Below are positions 8,315-10,827 of a stretch of DNA of 10,827 bases, piece after piece (positions within the stretch are counted from its first letter, which is position 1; every line of letters starts with the position of its first letter). Made by a program: the position numbers and the translations under genes. This DNA is from Candidatus Sumerlaeia bacterium (GTDB lineage: Bacteria > Sumerlaeota > Sumerlaeia > SLMS01 > JANRJK01). The DNA is taken from the NCBI GenBank assembly GCA_033764015.1, contig JANRJK010000015.1, forward strand, positions 1 through 10,827, read 5' to 3'. Under the pieces are notes generated by a model that was given only the letters and a program-made list of their open reading frames with translations, ran no database searches and was not told where the DNA came from.

Positions 8315-8347
8315 GGGAGTCGACCGGGGCCGTTTCGCGCGGTCGGC

Positions 8348-8716
8348 TCACCGGACGACGGGGGCCAGCTCCTTGAGCGCGCCGAAGCCGCCCGCGACGG
8401 AGAAGACCTTCTTGTAGCCCATCTTCTGCAGGTTGTCCGCGGCGAGCGCGCTGCGGAAGCCGCCGCCGCAGTAGAGGTACAGCGGCTGCTCCGTGTTCGG
8501 GTGCAGCTTCTCGATGTCGCGCTCGATGACGCCCTTGCCGATCCACTCGGCGCCCTCGGTGTGCCCGGCGGCGTACTCGGACTCCTCGCGGACGTCGATC
8601 AGCGCGGCGTCCGGGTCGTTCTCGCGGGCGGCGAGCGCGTCCTGCGGCGACACCTCCGCGACGCGCGACATGGCGTCCCGGACGATGGCGAGGAACTGGG
8701 GGGTGTGGCTCTTCAT
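8348..8716 (-). CDS. Single-domain rhodanese-like sulfurtransferase (122 aa)
   Basis: This is the C-terminal part of track ORF 8348..10291: MKSHTPQFLAIVRDA...LIDVREESEYAAGH...YCGGGFRSALAA...GY...SVAGG. The ATG at 8716 has a GAGGT RBS, and the active-site Cys loop is CGGGFR. Confidence 0.92.
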   Translation of the reverse strand: MKSHTPQFLAIVRDAMSRVAEVSPQDALAARENDPDAALIDVREESEYAAGHTEGAEWIGKGVIERDIEKLHPNTEQPLYLYCGGGFRSALAADNLQKMGYKKVFSVAGGFGALKELAPVVR

Positions 8717-8741
8717 GGGCAACCTCGGGAGTCGGGTACGC

Positions 8742-8787
8742 GGATTGCAGCAGAGGATTGCCCGCGAGGCAACCGCGAGCATAGCAT
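8742..8787. promoter_or_regulatory. Candidate divergent promoter region for rhodanese and zwf
   Basis: On the + strand, TTGCCC (8758)-N18-TAGCAT (8782) resembles a sigma70 -35/-10. There is a palindrome TTGCC-N5-GGCAA at 8758-8772 and a direct repeat GGATTGC at 8742 and 8755. The region is AT-richer than its flanks. Confidence 0.4.
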
Positions 8788-8836
8788 CCGGTTCCAGAGC
8801 AAGCGCGCCCCCACCCCGCGACGAGGTCGCCAACGC

Positions 8837-10402
<1,566 letters not shown>

Positions 10403-10417
10403 CGCGGGGCTGGCAGG

Positions 10418-10504
10418 TCAGGTCCAGAGCAGGTCGACGTCGTACGCGCGCAGCGCCGTATCCCGACTGATCAGGGGAGGGCCGATCGAGTCGGCGATAC
10501 GATC
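10418..10504 (-). pseudogene. Probable remnant of a VapC/PIN-domain toxin C-terminus
   Basis: The minus frame reads DRIADSIGPPLISRDTALRAYDVDLLWT-stop, resembling the PIN toxin C-terminal pattern DR(LL)IAQ...GLPLISRD.A...YDV..LW. There is no start or N-terminal part. Confidence 0.5.
10457..10501. terminator. Imperfect inverted repeat between the convergent zwf and ppgK-like genes (possible terminator)
   Basis: The left arm CGTATC-CCGACT-GATC (10457-10472) pairs with GATC-g-AGTCGG-c-GATACG (10484-10501), giving 16 bp with two single-base bulges. There is no U-tract. Confidence 0.35.
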
Positions 10505-10827
10505 TACCGCCAGAGCGCGATGCCGCCGAGGAGTCCCGCCGCGTTCGAGGTGACGCGCGCGTTCTTCGGCAGGTCGGCCGGCTTCAGGAGCCGCGCGTTG
10601 CCGCCGCCGAGGTAGATCGTGCGGTAGTTGAAGATCGGCTCGAGCTGCGCGAGCGCCGCGCGCACGTGCTTGCGCCAGCGCTTCTTGCCGGCCTTCTCGA
10701 GCGCGGCCTTGCCGACGAGATCCTCGTAGGTCCTGCCGTGCCGGAACGGGTGGTGTCCGAGCTCGAGGTTCGGAACGAGGCGGCCGTCGACGAAGAGCGC
10801 GGAGCCGAGTCCGGTGCCGAGCGTCAG
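10504..10827 (-). CDS. ppgK: ROK-family sugar kinase, polyphosphate glucokinase-like (partial, 5' end outside the window)
   Basis: Manual translation gives LTLGTGLGSALFVDGRLVPNLELGHHPFRHGRTYEDLVG...WRKHV...IYLGGGNA...SNAAGLLGGIALWR-stop (TAG at 10504-10506). LGTGLGSA, NLELGH, LGGG and NAAG are PPGK-type ROK motifs. It is missing from the ORF track. Confidence 0.85.
   Translation of the reverse strand: MTLGTGLGSALFVDGRLVPNLELGHHPFRHGRTYEDLVGKAALEKAGKKRWRKHVRAALAQLEPIFNYRTIYLGGGNARLLKPADLPKNARVTSNAAGLLGGIALWR

Noticed and set aside
7094..8836. Apparent 1102-aa extended Zwf, and the 647-aa extended rhodanese (8348..10291)
   Set aside because: The extensions are antisense to real genes. Both genes have their own GAGGT RBS and ATG (8837 and 8716).

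Overview
High-GC bacterial chromosomal window with mostly housekeeping and envelope genes. The + strand carries the end of an unknown Pro-rich protein, then three genes joined by ATGA stop/start overlaps: sppA (long Pro-rich N-terminus), a secreted collagen-like fibre protein and an RluA/RluD-family pseudouridine synthase. The - strand, reading convergently, carries a rhodanese, a GT2 (WaaE/KdtX-like) glycosyltransferase, a GT-C (PMT/ArnT-like) membrane glycosyltransferase and a HisC-like aminotransferase with an acidic tail containing a duplicated motif. Divergent from the rhodanese is zwf, followed convergently by the 3' part of a ROK/polyphosphate glucokinase-like gene. The most notable signals are (1) zwf appears to be a chimera of two G6PDH subfamilies joined at the WRWAGVPF block, by recombination or misassembly; (2) a probable VapC/PIN toxin remnant lies in the zwf-ppgK gap; (3) the collagen fibre is operon-embedded and near two glycosyltransferases; (4) several housekeeping proteins carry disordered extensions. 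I saw no RNA genes, CRISPR arrays or intact mobile elements. Family calls come from motif recognition by eye, not database searches.
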